From positions 29,591 to 93,590 of the forward strand of contig CAWKEG010000021.1 in NCBI GenBank assembly GCA_963848515.1: a stretch of 64,000 nucleotides of DNA, given 5' to 3'. The notes beneath the pieces are model-generated. The model was not told the DNA's origin, made no database searches, and was given only the letters and a program-made list of their open reading frames with translations. This stretch comes from an uncultured Acidobacteriaceae bacterium (GTDB lineage Bacteria > Acidobacteriota > Terriglobia > Terriglobales > Acidobacteriaceae). Shown in pieces: positions 35,638 through 46,046 of the stretch. Each line of letters begins with the position of its first letter. Within the stretch, counting starts at the first letter, position 1. The position numbers and the translations under genes were made by a program.

Positions 35638-36942
35638 CTAGGCGCTGTGCTTCAGGGCGCGTTTAAGCACAATTTCGAGAGCGGCTTTTACCTGCGCGTA
35701 CTCCTCTGCCGTGATGGTGCCGGAGATTTTTTCGCTTTCAAGGGCGAAGAGCTCTTCCTTGAGAGCGTTGAGCAAGGCGGCGTTTTTGCCCGCTGCACTG
35801 GTCTTGGATTGGTAGGCGAAAGTGTCTCCATGGGCAACTGCGACGCCTTGCGCGCCGGTATCTGCGGTTGTGGCGATGACGCCCGCGGTGGCCGGTTTGC
35901 GCAGTAGGAAGGCAGCGGCTGCCGAAAGCAGCAAGGCGAGCCCGCCGAGAATCCACCATTTATATTTCGACAGCGGGTCGGGCGTGTCGATCGGTGTTCC
36001 GATGCCGCCGCCGGGCTGGGCTGGGTTGGCGCCCGCGTCCTGGCCGCCGCCTGCTTGCGGACCGGCTGGGGTGCTTTGCGATTCGCGCGGCATGGAGCCG
36101 GTTCCGGCGACGCTGAAGGCGATCGGCTTGCCGGGAGCCGGGTTCTTGAGTAGCCAGGTCTGGATGCCGGGATCTTCCTGCACGGATTGGAAGGCCGCTC
36201 CGGAACCGGGCGTAAAGCTCATGCTCTTAGGCATCAGGATCGCGAGGTTGTCGGCTGGCAGAGAGACTTGCGTCTTGAAGTTGTACTTGCCGCTGCTGTA
36301 GGGCAGGTTGTAGCTGATCTGGAACAGCGTGTCCTTGTCGCCGTTGTCGGGCTGGATGGGAAAGTTGAAAGAGTAGTGGCCCTTCGGTCCGTCGGGGTCC
36401 ATCTTGGTCGAGGTAGGAAGGCCGCCCGGACGCTGCGCGCCCACGTCGTTGAGCACCGCATCTTCCGGAAGCACCACCTCGAACGACTTCTTGCTCCACT
36501 GCGTTGTGGGCGGGGAGCTGGTGTTGTGCACAAAATAGCGCTCGTCGATTTTGAGCTGGCCGTTCTCGGCTTCGACTTCAATGACATCGGCCTCTATAAA
36601 GACGCCCTGAACCTTGGCCGCCACGTCATAGACGGGAATGTCGCCGGGCGCGCCACCCTGCGGCGCGGCGATAAAGTAACCCGCGCCCTGGTGCGTGACG
36701 CGGACGAGGTACGGACCGCTGCCCGGCTCGCTGAGCGAATAGCGGCCTTGGGCGTCGGTCGTGGCGTGGGCTACCTCGCCCATGCCGGCCTGCACATCGA
36801 CTAGCACCACGTTATCGCCGGCGGCGGGCTTGTTCGTCGTTTTGTCTGTGACTGTGCCAGTGACGGTGGCGGCCTGCGCGAGAGCGGCGGAGAAAATCGC
36901 AGCGAAAGCAAGAGTGCGAAAAACAAAGATTGTCGATTTCAT
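35638..36942 (-). CDS. Exported carboxypeptidase-regulatory-like domain protein with a TM and CcmI-like tail
   Basis: Signal peptide, ATVTGTVTDKT, TDAQGRY; C-terminal TM then LKEELFALESEKISGTITAEEY. Confidence 0.7.
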   Translation of the reverse strand: MKSTIFVFRTLAFAAIFSAALAQAATVTGTVTDKTTNKPAAGDNVVLVDVQAGMGEVAHATTDAQGRYSLSEPGSGPYLVRVTHQGAGYFIAAPQGGAPGDIPVYDVAAKVQGVFIEADVIEVEAENGQLKIDERYFVHNTSSPPTTQWSKKSFEVVLPEDAVLNDVGAQRPGGLPTSTKMDPDGPKGHYSFNFPIQPDNGDKDTLFQISYNLPYSSGKYNFKTQVSLPADNLAILMPKSMSFTPGSGAAFQSVQEDPGIQTWLLKNPAPGKPIAFSVAGTGSMPRESQSTPAGPQAGGGQDAGANPAQPGGGIGTPIDTPDPLSKYKWWILGGLALLLSAAAAFLLRKPATAGVIATTADTGAQGVAVAHGDTFAYQSKTSAAGKNAALLNALKEELFALESEKISGTITAEEYAQVKAALEIVLKRALKHSA

Positions 36943-37002
36943 GGTCGTGAGAGCGTCCTATGGGTGGTGCGTGGTTCGGTTATGAGCATTGTTCAAAGGA
37001 GA

Positions 37003-37056
37003 CAACCGCAGATCCTTCGACTTGGTCCGCCGCGGCGCACTTCGCCCAGGATGACA
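37003..37056. repeat. REP-like family B
   Basis: gcagatccttcgacttggtccgccgcggcgcacttcgcccaggatgaca. Confidence 0.75.
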
Positions 37057-37070
37057 GCGCGTGGCGGCGT

Positions 37071-37349
37071 TCAGGCCTGCTGAAGATGATCGATTTCAGA
37101 CAGTAGCTGGGCTGCTTCGTTTTCGAGCTGTGCGCGCTGCGAATTAAAGTCCTCTTCAGGATATTTGCCGGCTTTGTATTCGAAGTTCAGGTCGCGGAGG
37201 TTTTCGTAGAGTTGATCTTTGCGCTCCAGCAGATAGTCGAGCCGCGTCTTCTGGCGCTGGCTGGCAAAGACATTCTCAGGCCAGAAGGTGTAGACCAGCA
37301 GCGCGAACAAAAGAAACAGTCCGGCGATCATGCCCTGGGTTTCTGTCAT
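37071..37349 (-). CDS. Small CcmI N-terminal-like protein
   Basis: One TM followed by LRDLNFEYKAGKYPEEDF; lies in the ccm operon. Confidence 0.6.
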   Translation of the reverse strand: MTETQGMIAGLFLLFALLVYTFWPENVFASQRQKTRLDYLLERKDQLYENLRDLNFEYKAGKYPEEDFNSQRAQLENEAAQLLSEIDHLQQA

Positions 37350-37352
37350 GGA

Positions 37353-37892
37353 CTAAAATCCTCCGTCGCCGGTTTCGCGGCGAATTCGTTCTCTGCGCTC
37401 GATGTCGGCTGGGTCGTCGATGGCAATGTTTGGTCCGGCGGCTTGTGCTTTTGCGCCGGCCAGGCCAGCCCAGCGGCGGATCAGAAGAATCGTGCCCAGC
37501 AGCGCCGCGCCGAAGACGGCAAAGGGTGCAACCCAGGCAACCAGATCGAAGCCATGCGTGGTAGGAGCGGCCAGAACGGTGGCGCCATACTTGGCCGTAA
37601 AGGCGGAGAAAATTTGCTGGTCGCTCATGCCGGCGGCAATGTCGGCGCTTAGCTCGCTCAGTTCCTGGCCGGAGGACGGGCAGCCGACGTGGTTGCATTC
37701 GCCCAGCAACTGCGCGCATCCGCAGGTGCACATCAGGCGGTGGTTCAGGTCATGGTAGCGGGCGCTCGAGTCCGTCGCGCCCATCGAGAAGCAGACGGCG
37801 ACGGCCAATATTAGCGCTTCGGCTGACTTAATCCAGAAGGCCGCGGGCTTGGACTGAGAGGTGAGTGTCTTGCTATCCCACTCATTTCGCAA
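37353..37892 (-). CDS. ccmH: Cytochrome c biogenesis protein CcmH/CycL-like (start uncertain)
   Basis: LMCTCGC, YGATVLAAP and WVAP TM; downstream of ccmF. Confidence 0.8.
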   Translation of the reverse strand: MRNEWDSKTLTSQSKPAAFWIKSAEALILAVAVCFSMGATDSSARYHDLNHRLMCTCGCAQLLGECNHVGCPSSGQELSELSADIAAGMSDQQIFSAFTAKYGATVLAAPTTHGFDLVAWVAPFAVFGAALLGTILLIRRWAGLAGAKAQAAGPNIAIDDPADIERRERIRRETGDGGF

Positions 37893-37915
37893 AGTGCGCG
37901 AAATGAATGGGGCAC
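37872..37915. repeat. REP-like family A
   Basis: gctatcccactcatttcgc-aaagtgc-gcgaaatgaatggggcac. Confidence 0.75.
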
Positions 37916-37954
37916 AGGTTCTCATCCATAAAGTAAAACGTGCGGGAGCACCCA

Positions 37955-40018
37955 TCAGTCGCCTCCTTTGAGAGCCGGTTGGGAAGGCGCGGGTCGTGTG
38001 ACCGGCACACGCAGAGACGCAGTAGCCGGCGAGATGCTTGGAACCAATGCCACAAACGTGCCGAAGATCAAAATCACAAGGCCGGCCCAGATCCAACCGA
38101 CCAACGGATTGAGAAACGCCTTGATGATCGGTTGGCTCGTGTCTGGATTGGTGCCTTCATAGACGACGTAGAGATCCCAACTCGGCAGCGAGTGAATGGC
38201 TACCATGGTCTGCGGCTGGTCGCTGGCATGATACACGCGCTTTTCAGGAGTCATCTGGAACTGCTTCTTGCCGTTCCTGTAGACATCGAGCATCGCGTAG
38301 TCTGAGTCGTAGTTGTCATTCGAGTCCTGCGTAAAGCCGATGCACTCGAGCGTGTAAGGGCCGATGAGCAGCTTGTCGTGCAGGCCCAGCTCCTGCTCCT
38401 GGCTGGTGTTGAAGGCCGCTCCGGCCAGACCGACGACTACGATCACAACGCCGATATGGATAATGTAACCGCCGTAGCGGCGCGTGTTGCGGCGCGTCAG
38501 CAGCCATGTGGAGACGAGCAGATTGCGGCCAGTCTGGCGCGAGATGACACCGGCGCCGCGCAGAAACTCGGAGAGAATGGCGGTCAGCACAGCCGCCGAG
38601 ACTGCGAAACTCACAATCGCATAAAAGCTGCCATTGGAAAACGTCCCGTCTTTCCACGGGTTCACGCCCACCGCGAAGCAAACGATCACCGTGGCCCATA
38701 GCGCAATGACCGGCAGAATAAAGTTGCGCTTGATGCTTTTGAGCGATGTAGAGCGCCACGGCAGCAGCGGTCCCACGCCCGTGAGGAACAGCAAGAACAG
38801 CCCGATGGGAATGGCGACGCGGTTATAGAATGGCGCGCCTACGGTGACCTTGTTGCCGACGACGTATTCACTCAGGATCGGGAAGAGCGTTCCCCACAGA
38901 ATCACAAAGCAGGCAGTAAGCAGGACGAGATTATTGAATAGGAAGCTGGATTCGCGGCTAACCAGCGACTCCAAATGATGTTCGGTTTTGAGATGACCGC
39001 GCTGCAGAACGTAAGTGAAGATGCAGACCGCAAGCACGATGCACATAAACACGATGAACCACGTGCCGATGGACGATTGCGCGAAGGCGTGCACGGAGCT
39101 GACCAGCCCGGCGCGCGTGAGCAACGTGCCCAGCAGCGTGAGCAGAAACGTGGAGAAGATGAGCCACACATTCCAGCTCTTCATCATGCCTTTCTTCTCC
39201 TGCATCATGACGGAGTGGAGAAAGGCAGTGCCTGTAAGCCACGGCATGAAGCTCGCATTCTCGACCGGGTCCCATCCCCAGTAGCCGCCCCATCCGAGCA
39301 CGGCGTAGGCCCAGTGCATGCCGAGAAAGATGCCTGCCGTAAGAAACAGCCACGTCACCATGGTCCAGGCGCGGGTGACCTTGATCCATTTTTCGCCGGG
39401 GTAGCGCATCATCAGCGCGCCCAGCGCAAAGGCGAAGGGAACAGAGAAACCAACATAGCCCAGGTAAAGCATGGGCGGATGAATCACCATCTCCGGATAC
39501 TGGAGCAGGGGATTGAGTCCGTTGCCGTCTGCGGGAATCGCGCCACGATAGAGCGCAAAGGGCGGCGCGGCAAAGTTGAGCACGAGCAGGAAGAAGACCT
39601 GAATACCTGCCAGAATTGTGCCGGCGTAGGCGTAGAGCTTGACGTCGGTCTTATGCGTGAGCCGAAGGACGAAGCCGTAGGTTCCCAGCAGCCAAGCCCA
39701 CAGCAGCAGCGAGCCTTCCTGGCCGCTCCACAGCGCTGAGAACTTGTAAGCGGCGGGAAGCGCGCGGTTGGAGTGCTCCATGATGTAGGTGATGGAGAAG
39801 TCGTTGGTAAAAACCGACCAGATGAGCGCGAAAGCTGCGGCGGTAATGGCCAGAAAGCCGGCGATTCCGGCGCGGCGTGCTGTGTCGGCCAGCCGCTCGG
39901 GCGAGATGCGGGCTGGCTGTCCGGTGGCGATAAGTCGAAGTGCGAGAGCGCCGGCGAGTAGATTGTAAGCGGCCAAGGCCAGCGCGATGATGAGTGCAAA
40001 GCTACCGAATGCTGCCAT
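37955..40018 (-). CDS. ccmF: Heme lyase CcmF
   Basis: WSGQEGSLLLW, HPPMLYLGY, WAYAVLGWGGYWGWDPVENAS (WWD domain) and SVHAF. Confidence 0.96.
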   Translation of the reverse strand: MAAFGSFALIIALALAAYNLLAGALALRLIATGQPARISPERLADTARRAGIAGFLAITAAAFALIWSVFTNDFSITYIMEHSNRALPAAYKFSALWSGQEGSLLLWAWLLGTYGFVLRLTHKTDVKLYAYAGTILAGIQVFFLLVLNFAAPPFALYRGAIPADGNGLNPLLQYPEMVIHPPMLYLGYVGFSVPFAFALGALMMRYPGEKWIKVTRAWTMVTWLFLTAGIFLGMHWAYAVLGWGGYWGWDPVENASFMPWLTGTAFLHSVMMQEKKGMMKSWNVWLIFSTFLLTLLGTLLTRAGLVSSVHAFAQSSIGTWFIVFMCIVLAVCIFTYVLQRGHLKTEHHLESLVSRESSFLFNNLVLLTACFVILWGTLFPILSEYVVGNKVTVGAPFYNRVAIPIGLFLLFLTGVGPLLPWRSTSLKSIKRNFILPVIALWATVIVCFAVGVNPWKDGTFSNGSFYAIVSFAVSAAVLTAILSEFLRGAGVISRQTGRNLLVSTWLLTRRNTRRYGGYIIHIGVVIVVVGLAGAAFNTSQEQELGLHDKLLIGPYTLECIGFTQDSNDNYDSDYAMLDVYRNGKKQFQMTPEKRVYHASDQPQTMVAIHSLPSWDLYVVYEGTNPDTSQPIIKAFLNPLVGWIWAGLVILIFGTFVALVPSISPATASLRVPVTRPAPSQPALKGGD

Positions 40019-40180
40019 GAGGAATAGGACTCCACGATGATTCTCGCATGCAGATGGGGAGGCAGCGAGAATCCCAACGAGGTAATTCTCTAACCATCAT
40101 AGGCTTTTCGGGTGTGATTTAGCTCACACTATGATCAGGCTGAGGAAACGCAGGCTTTCGCGCTGGGATGCAGCTGGGGA

Positions 40181-40558
40181 TCAGGCTGTTCTGCGTTGAT
40201 TCTCAGCAAGCAACTGGGTTGCGAGCGCGAGTAACTGATCCGCGGGAACGGGCCGGGTAAGGAAGGAGACGTGTTCGCCGTGATACTCGCCGCGTTCTTC
40301 GCTGCTTTCGACCAGCACCAGCACGGGAAGCGAAGGTATCCGCGTGTGCAATTCGGCGACGAGGGCCGGTCCCCCGATGCCTGCGAGCCGGTGTCCCGTG
40401 ATGACCAGGCCGAGGCTGTCGGCGAACTGAGGCTGCTCCACCAGGCGCAACGCATCGGCCGCGCCTGCCACGCGAAGCACCTCGGAGAATCGTTTTTCCA
40501 GCATGGACTTGCGCACCGACCCCTGAAAGGGGTCGTCGTCCACGAGAAGAATTGTCAA
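40181..40558 (-). CDS. Single-domain response regulator with a degenerate phosphorylation site
   Basis: ILLVDDD; LVITGH in place of LVITD; FLTRP in place of KP. Confidence 0.8.
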   Translation of the reverse strand: MTILLVDDDPFQGSVRKSMLEKRFSEVLRVAGAADALRLVEQPQFADSLGLVITGHRLAGIGGPALVAELHTRIPSLPVLVLVESSEERGEYHGEHVSFLTRPVPADQLLALATQLLAENQRRTA

Positions 40559-40674
40559 AATATGCCCCAGACCCAGCGCCGCCTCTCGGCTGGCTAAATT
40601 AATTTACTAACTGGAATCTTAGGATGAGGGGGTGGACAATATCGTTGCCTGAGGAGGGGAAAGTTCTTGACGGC

Positions 40675-42666
40675 TTAGCCGAAAAGGAACTCCTTGTCGC
40701 GCAGCTCCTTGATGGCGTCCCGCAGCCGGGCGGCCTTCTCGAACTCGAACTTCTTCGCCGCCTCCCGCATCTGCGTCTCCTGTTTTTCGATATAGGCGTC
40801 CAGCTCCGCCTGCGAGGCGAACTCAGGCAGCCCCGCCGTCTCTTCCTCGTCAATATCGCCGTACTCGGCCTTCAATATCTGCGCCAGGCCCATGTCCATG
40901 GTGTTGATGATCGACTGCGGCGTAATGCCGTGCTCCTCGTTATAGGCGCGCTGCACCGTGCGTCGCCGATCCGTCTCGTCCATCGCCCGGCGCATCGAGT
41001 CCGTGATTCGATCTGCATAGAGAATCGCGCGGCCCTCCAGATGACGGGCGGCGCGGCCCATGGTCTGGATCAGCGACCCCGCCGAGCGCAGAAAGCCTTC
41101 CTTGTCCGCATCCAGAATCGCCACCAGCGAAACCTCCGGCAAATCCAGTCCCTCACGCAGCAGGTTGATGCCGATCAGCACGTCGTACTCGCCCCTGCGC
41201 AACCCGGCCAGCAGCTTCACGCGCTCCAGCGTCTCAATCTCGGAGTGCATATACCGGCAGCGCACGCCCACCTCCGTGTAGTACCCGGCCAGGTCCTCAG
41301 CCATGCGCTTGGTCAGCGTCGTCACCAGCACGCGCTCATTCTTCTTTGCCCGGTCGCGGATCTCGCCCAGCAAATCGTCGATCTGCCCTTTCACCGGACG
41401 AATCTCAACCTCAGGATCGACCAGCCCCGTCGGCCGAATCACCTGCTCCACCACCACGCCCGCCGAGCGCGTCAGCTCATAAGGTCCCGGTGTCGCCGAG
41501 ACATAAATCGTCTGGTGAATGCGGCTCTCGAACTCCTCAAACTTCAGCGGCCGATTGTCGCGCGCCGAGGGCAGCCGGAAGCCGTAATCCACCAGGTTCT
41601 GCTTGCGGCTCTGGTCGCCGAACCACATCCCGTGCACCTGCGGAATCGTCGCGTGGCTCTCATCCACAAACAGCAGAAAATCGCGCGGAAAATAATCCAG
41701 CAGCGTAGGCGGCGGCTCGCCCGGCAGGCGGCCGGAAAAGTGGCGCGAGTAGTTCTCGATGCCATGGCAGTAGCCCATCGACTTGATCATCTCCAGGTCA
41801 AAGCGCGTGCGCTGGTGAACCCTCTGCGCCTCCACCATGCGCCCCTCGGCCTCAAGCTCAGCCACCCGCTCATTCAGCTCGGTCACGATCGTGTCGATGG
41901 CCAGCGCCTTCCGTTCCGGCTGCACCACGTAGTGGCTCTTGGGATAGATCGGCAGCCGCGAATACTTCTGCTTCACCGTGCCAAACAGCGGATCAATCTG
42001 CGACAGCGACTCGATCTCGTCGCCGAACAGCTCAATCCGATACGCCGTTTCGTCATAGGTAGGGAAGACCTCGATCACGTCCCCGCGCACCCTGAACGTC
42101 CCGCGCCGAAAATCCGTGTCGTTGCGCTCGTAGAGAATCTCCACCAGCCGCCGCGTAATGTCTTTGCGGCTGATGTGCTGCCCCTTCTCCAGCAGCAGCA
42201 ACATGCCGTAGTAAGCCTCCGGCGACCCAAGACCGTAGATGCAACTCACCGAGCTCACAATAATCGAGTCGCGCCGCTCAAACAGCGACCGCGTCGCCGA
42301 CAGCCGCAGCTTGTCCAGCTCTTCGTTGATCGTCGCTTCCTTCTCTATATAGAGGTCACCGGCCGGAATGTAAGCCTCCGGCTGGTAGTAGTCGTAGTAG
42401 CTCACAAAGTACTCAACCGCATTGTCCGGGAAAAACTGCTTGAACTCGTGATAAAGCTGCGCCGCCAGCGTCTTGTTATGCGCCAGAATCAGCGCCGGCC
42501 GGTTCGACTGCTCAATCACCTTCGCCATGGTGAACGTCTTGCCCGACCCCGTCACGCCCAGCAGCACCTGGTGCTTCTCCCCGGCGTTCAGCCCATTCAC
42601 AAGCTCATCAATCGCCCGCGGCTGATCGCCCTTCGGCTTGTAGGAGGTCACCAGTTGAAAGTCCAT
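40675..42666 (-). CDS. uvrB: Excinuclease ABC subunit B
   Basis: [49 protein letters not shown] and QTMGRAAR. Confidence 0.98.
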   Translation of the reverse strand: MDFQLVTSYKPKGDQPRAIDELVNGLNAGEKHQVLLGVTGSGKTFTMAKVIEQSNRPALILAHNKTLAAQLYHEFKQFFPDNAVEYFVSYYDYYQPEAYIPAGDLYIEKEATINEELDKLRLSATRSLFERRDSIIVSSVSCIYGLGSPEAYYGMLLLLEKGQHISRKDITRRLVEILYERNDTDFRRGTFRVRGDVIEVFPTYDETAYRIELFGDEIESLSQIDPLFGTVKQKYSRLPIYPKSHYVVQPERKALAIDTIVTELNERVAELEAEGRMVEAQRVHQRTRFDLEMIKSMGYCHGIENYSRHFSGRLPGEPPPTLLDYFPRDFLLFVDESHATIPQVHGMWFGDQSRKQNLVDYGFRLPSARDNRPLKFEEFESRIHQTIYVSATPGPYELTRSAGVVVEQVIRPTGLVDPEVEIRPVKGQIDDLLGEIRDRAKKNERVLVTTLTKRMAEDLAGYYTEVGVRCRYMHSEIETLERVKLLAGLRRGEYDVLIGINLLREGLDLPEVSLVAILDADKEGFLRSAGSLIQTMGRAARHLEGRAILYADRITDSMRRAMDETDRRRTVQRAYNEEHGITPQSIINTMDMGLAQILKAEYGDIDEEETAGLPEFASQAELDAYIEKQETQMREAAKKFEFEKAARLRDAIKELRDKEFLFG

Positions 42667-42853
42667 TGAAAGATTATACGCCAAAGGCGAAGATTTAGCG
42701 AATAAAATACCGAACCGTGCAAGATCGGATCTCCACCGGCTATCCTCAAGCCCGCCCTAGAGCAGGCCTTGCCCGGTTTTGCCGGACACACCATTTACGT
42801 ATCATGTTCCTGGGAATGTTCGATCATCAGTCGATTGGGTTGGGGAGAGGACA

Positions 42854-43765
42854 ATGCGCGTATTTGTGGCAGGGGCAAGCGGAGCGATTGGCGAACCGTT
42901 GGTTGCGGAGTTGTTAAGGAAGGGACACTCCGTAGTGGGGATGACAGCGAGCGAGACGCGAGCCGGGAATCTGAAGAGCCAGGGCGCCGAAGCAGTGATC
43001 GCTGACGCGTTCAATGCAGCCGAGGTGGAGACTGCGCTGCGGCAGGCGAACGTGGAGGCTGTCATCGATGAATTGACCTCGCTGCCCAAAGAACAGAGTG
43101 ATATGCCGAAGTATGCGCCGGGCGACAGAAGGCTGAGGATTGAAGGCGGAGGGAATCTATTTCGTGCGGCTATCGCCTGCGGCGTGCGGCGCTATCTGCA
43201 GCAATCCAGCGGATTCTTCTTGAAGGCTGCGGGAGGGACATTGGCGGACGAGGGGGCCTCGTTAGATGTAAATGCGAGCCCAAGAGTGGCGCAGAGCGCT
43301 CGGACGTATACGGAACTGGAGGCACGGCTTTTCAGTTCCAACGCAATTGAGGGCGTGGCTCTGCGGTATGGATTTTTCTATGGGCCGAAGACCTGGTACT
43401 ATCCCGGCGGGTCAGCGGCAAACATGGTCATGCGGCAACAGAATCCCGTAGTAGGTAAAGGCGAGGGCGTGTCGTCTTTTGTGCATATCAACGATGCGGC
43501 GGTTGCCACGGTTGCGGCGTTGACGGCAGACCCGGGCGTCTACAACCTTGTCGATGATGATCCTTCTCCGCAGGCCGTTTGGCTGCCCGCGTTTGCCAGG
43601 TTTCTTGGTGCTCCGGAGCCCCCGCGGATGAGCGAAGCTGAAGTAATAGCAATTGCGTGGGAAGATGCTGTGTACTACGCGACCAGGCTGAGCGGGGCCT
43701 CGAATGCGAAGGCGAAGCGGGTCCTCGAATGGAAACCAAGACGGCTGGAGTGGCTTCAGGCGTAA
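42854..43765 (+). CDS. NAD-dependent epimerase/dehydratase family protein
   Basis: MRVFVAGASGAIG Rossmann motif, LRYGFFYGP; GGAGAGG RBS. Confidence 0.9.
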   Translation: MRVFVAGASGAIGEPLVAELLRKGHSVVGMTASETRAGNLKSQGAEAVIADAFNAAEVETALRQANVEAVIDELTSLPKEQSDMPKYAPGDRRLRIEGGGNLFRAAIACGVRRYLQQSSGFFLKAAGGTLADEGASLDVNASPRVAQSARTYTELEARLFSSNAIEGVALRYGFFYGPKTWYYPGGSAANMVMRQQNPVVGKGEGVSSFVHINDAAVATVAALTADPGVYNLVDDDPSPQAVWLPAFARFLGAPEPPRMSEAEVIAIAWEDAVYYATRLSGASNAKAKRVLEWKPRRLEWLQA

Positions 43766-43810
43766 GCGAATTCCGTCACCGAAATTCCGCACCCGTAGGC
43801 GAGCTGCCGG

Positions 43811-45106
43811 TTAACCCGCCGCCTGCCTTGCATGCCGATCAAGCCATTTCATAGCCACAGGAACGGTCTCTCGGATCATATCGCCAACCCACGGCTCCGG
43901 TTGCCAGGCACGCTCGTTTGCGCGATCAAGCAAAAAATCAAACCAAAGCATCAGTCCAAGGAACTTCAGACCATCCTTGTCCATCTTCGACTTGGCGCCA
44001 ACCCACGCAATCCTCTCCGCAAAAGCGCTATCCTCAAACTCATCCGTCCAAAGTTCGCGGAACAGTTTCCCCACGCCAAATCCCCGGTTGCCTCGGTACG
44101 AATTGATGATCATGAACAAGGCATCCACCAGCGGTATGCCGTCCCTGCGCGCGTGGTCCCAGTCAATCACGCCTTTAAGCGTGTCACCGTTGAACAGAAC
44201 ATTGCCCAGCGTAAAGTCTCCATGCGCAACGCCTACCGGTATGCGCACCGCCGCGAACCACTCCAGAAGCGCATCCGCCAACGGCAGCAGCAACTCTCTG
44301 TAGCAAGGAGAATACGAGCAAACCAGTTCCAGTCGCTGGCCCAGCTCGGCCACCGTTTCCCCATTGCGCGAAGGCCCGCGCGATAACCAGAATTCGTTGG
44401 CAATATCAATCCTGCGCCAGGAGAACTCGCAAGCATCGGCAGGGATCCGTGATTCCACCAAAAGTTCCGCGCCATTGGCCAGGGTCTTATGCGCAAGCAA
44501 TTTGGGCAAAAGCGGTGCGATTGCAGCATCGGATGCGGCGACCACAAGGCCGGCGGCCTGATGCCCGATATCAGAAATTCCACGGCTGCAGTTTCCGTAA
44601 TGTATTACGGCTGGAACACCATCCCAATTGGCCATCAACACCAGGCTGCAGTTCGCCTTTGAAATGTAAAGCCGTGGCACCGGCTCCGGGTCGCAGCCCA
44701 GAAATGCGCCAATCGATTTGGCCGGCGCCACGCCCGGCACAACAAACAGCGGCTGCTTCGATCTCGTAAAACGGCGCAATTGCGTCAGAACCGGATCTGT
44801 CGAATATTCGACCTCGCCGCTGCGCCAGGCAATCGACTCGCCGGTCAAGAACACACGGTCCCTGCCAACTGTTTTGAACAGTCCCCATAGGCTATTGCCG
44901 GTTTGCACAACCCGAGCGAACTTCGATATGGAGTCAACTGGAAACGCCGCTCTTGGGCACCCAACCGTCTTGCCCGCAATCAGGCTAAGTGCACTCGAGA
45001 GCCCGCAAGCCCTATGGTCGGAAGGATCGAATTTGGATGACCATGCGTTTGTCCCGCTGGAATCATTCAATTCAACAGTCCTGGTGGTCATAGACATTTT
45101 AATCAT
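43811..45106 (-). CDS. Aminoglycoside-phosphotransferase-like kinase
   Basis: HGDFTLGNVL and VIDWD kinase motifs. Confidence 0.75.
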   Translation of the reverse strand: MIKMSMTTRTVELNDSSGTNAWSSKFDPSDHRACGLSSALSLIAGKTVGCPRAAFPVDSISKFARVVQTGNSLWGLFKTVGRDRVFLTGESIAWRSGEVEYSTDPVLTQLRRFTRSKQPLFVVPGVAPAKSIGAFLGCDPEPVPRLYISKANCSLVLMANWDGVPAVIHYGNCSRGISDIGHQAAGLVVAASDAAIAPLLPKLLAHKTLANGAELLVESRIPADACEFSWRRIDIANEFWLSRGPSRNGETVAELGQRLELVCSYSPCYRELLLPLADALLEWFAAVRIPVGVAHGDFTLGNVLFNGDTLKGVIDWDHARRDGIPLVDALFMIINSYRGNRGFGVGKLFRELWTDEFEDSAFAERIAWVGAKSKMDKDGLKFLGLMLWFDFLLDRANERAWQPEPWVGDMIRETVPVAMKWLDRHARQAAG

Positions 45107-45249
45107 CTTTTAACGGAACTGGCCCCGAACCCTAATAAAAATTGACCCCACCGAGGTGGGATTCAGCCTGGCGCTCCGGCCCTCAAGCCCTCCAGCCCAG
45201 CTGGCCATCCCGCTCGGGCGCTCGCAGCCCGCGGAGTACATTAGTACCT

Positions 45250-45921
45250 ATGACAACCAGCGGCCATCCCAGCGAAACGCATACCGGGCCCAGGCCGAAA
45301 CGCCACCGCCTTCGCTATCCCGCCGCACTGGGCTTCGGCGTTCTGCTCGGGTTGCTGGCCATGATGGGGTTTGCGCGCGTGGCGCAGGCCGGCTTGTGGG
45401 ATCGGGTCGCGGGGTTTGTCCTGGGCCGCCCCGCCCGGTTCGACGTCTCGTCTCCAACCGTCGTCGACAAAATCAGGCAGCTCTCCAGGCTTGAGACGGT
45501 CGAATACTCGCTCGACAAGATCGTCGAAGGCGAGCGCCAGAGCGCCTACCTGCCCAACTTTCTGGCCGGCGACAAGCTGCTGCTGGTCGCGCACGGAGAG
45601 GTGATTGCCGGCATCGACCTCGGCCAGTTCAAGGCCGGCGATGTCCAGGTCAGCGGCGATGCCGTGCATGTCCATCTGCCGGCCGCGCAAATTCTCTCCA
45701 CGCGCATCGATAACGGCCGCACCCGCGTCTATTCCCGCACGACGGGCTTATTGGTAGCCACCGACCCCAACCTTGAGTCCGAAGTTCGCCAGCTTGCCGA
45801 GCAGCAGATTGCCCAGGCAGCCCTCGACGACGGCATTCTTGACAAGGCCCGGCAAAACGCGCGAACCAGCGTAACGGCTCTCTTGTATGGGTTGGGATTT
45901 CGCACGGTAGTCGTCGAGTAA
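45250..45921 (+). CDS. DUF4230-like membrane-anchored protein
   Basis: N-terminal TM; IRQLSRLET, AGIDL and HLPAAQI. Confidence 0.75.
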   Translation: MTTSGHPSETHTGPRPKRHRLRYPAALGFGVLLGLLAMMGFARVAQAGLWDRVAGFVLGRPARFDVSSPTVVDKIRQLSRLETVEYSLDKIVEGERQSAYLPNFLAGDKLLLVAHGEVIAGIDLGQFKAGDVQVSGDAVHVHLPAAQILSTRIDNGRTRVYSRTTGLLVATDPNLESEVRQLAEQQIAQAALDDGILDKARQNARTSVTALLYGLGFRTVVVE

Positions 45922-46000
45922 GCCAGGCATCACGGACCACGGACCAGACAGGCGCCCCAGGCTATCAATCCAGAAGAATCGACTTGAACCATGAGAAACT

Positions 46001-46046
46001 GTGCCCCGTTCATCGTGGCCCCATCGCGATGAGCGGGTCTTCGAGC
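46001..46046. repeat. REP-like family A (opposite orientation)
   Basis: gtgccccgttcatcg...cgatgagcggg. Confidence 0.6.

Noticed and set aside
42806-42821. LexA-like box near uvrB (GTTC-N-GTTC)
   Set aside because: The spacer is 8 nt rather than the 7 nt of the GTTC-N7-GTTC box, and the site is ~140 bp from the start
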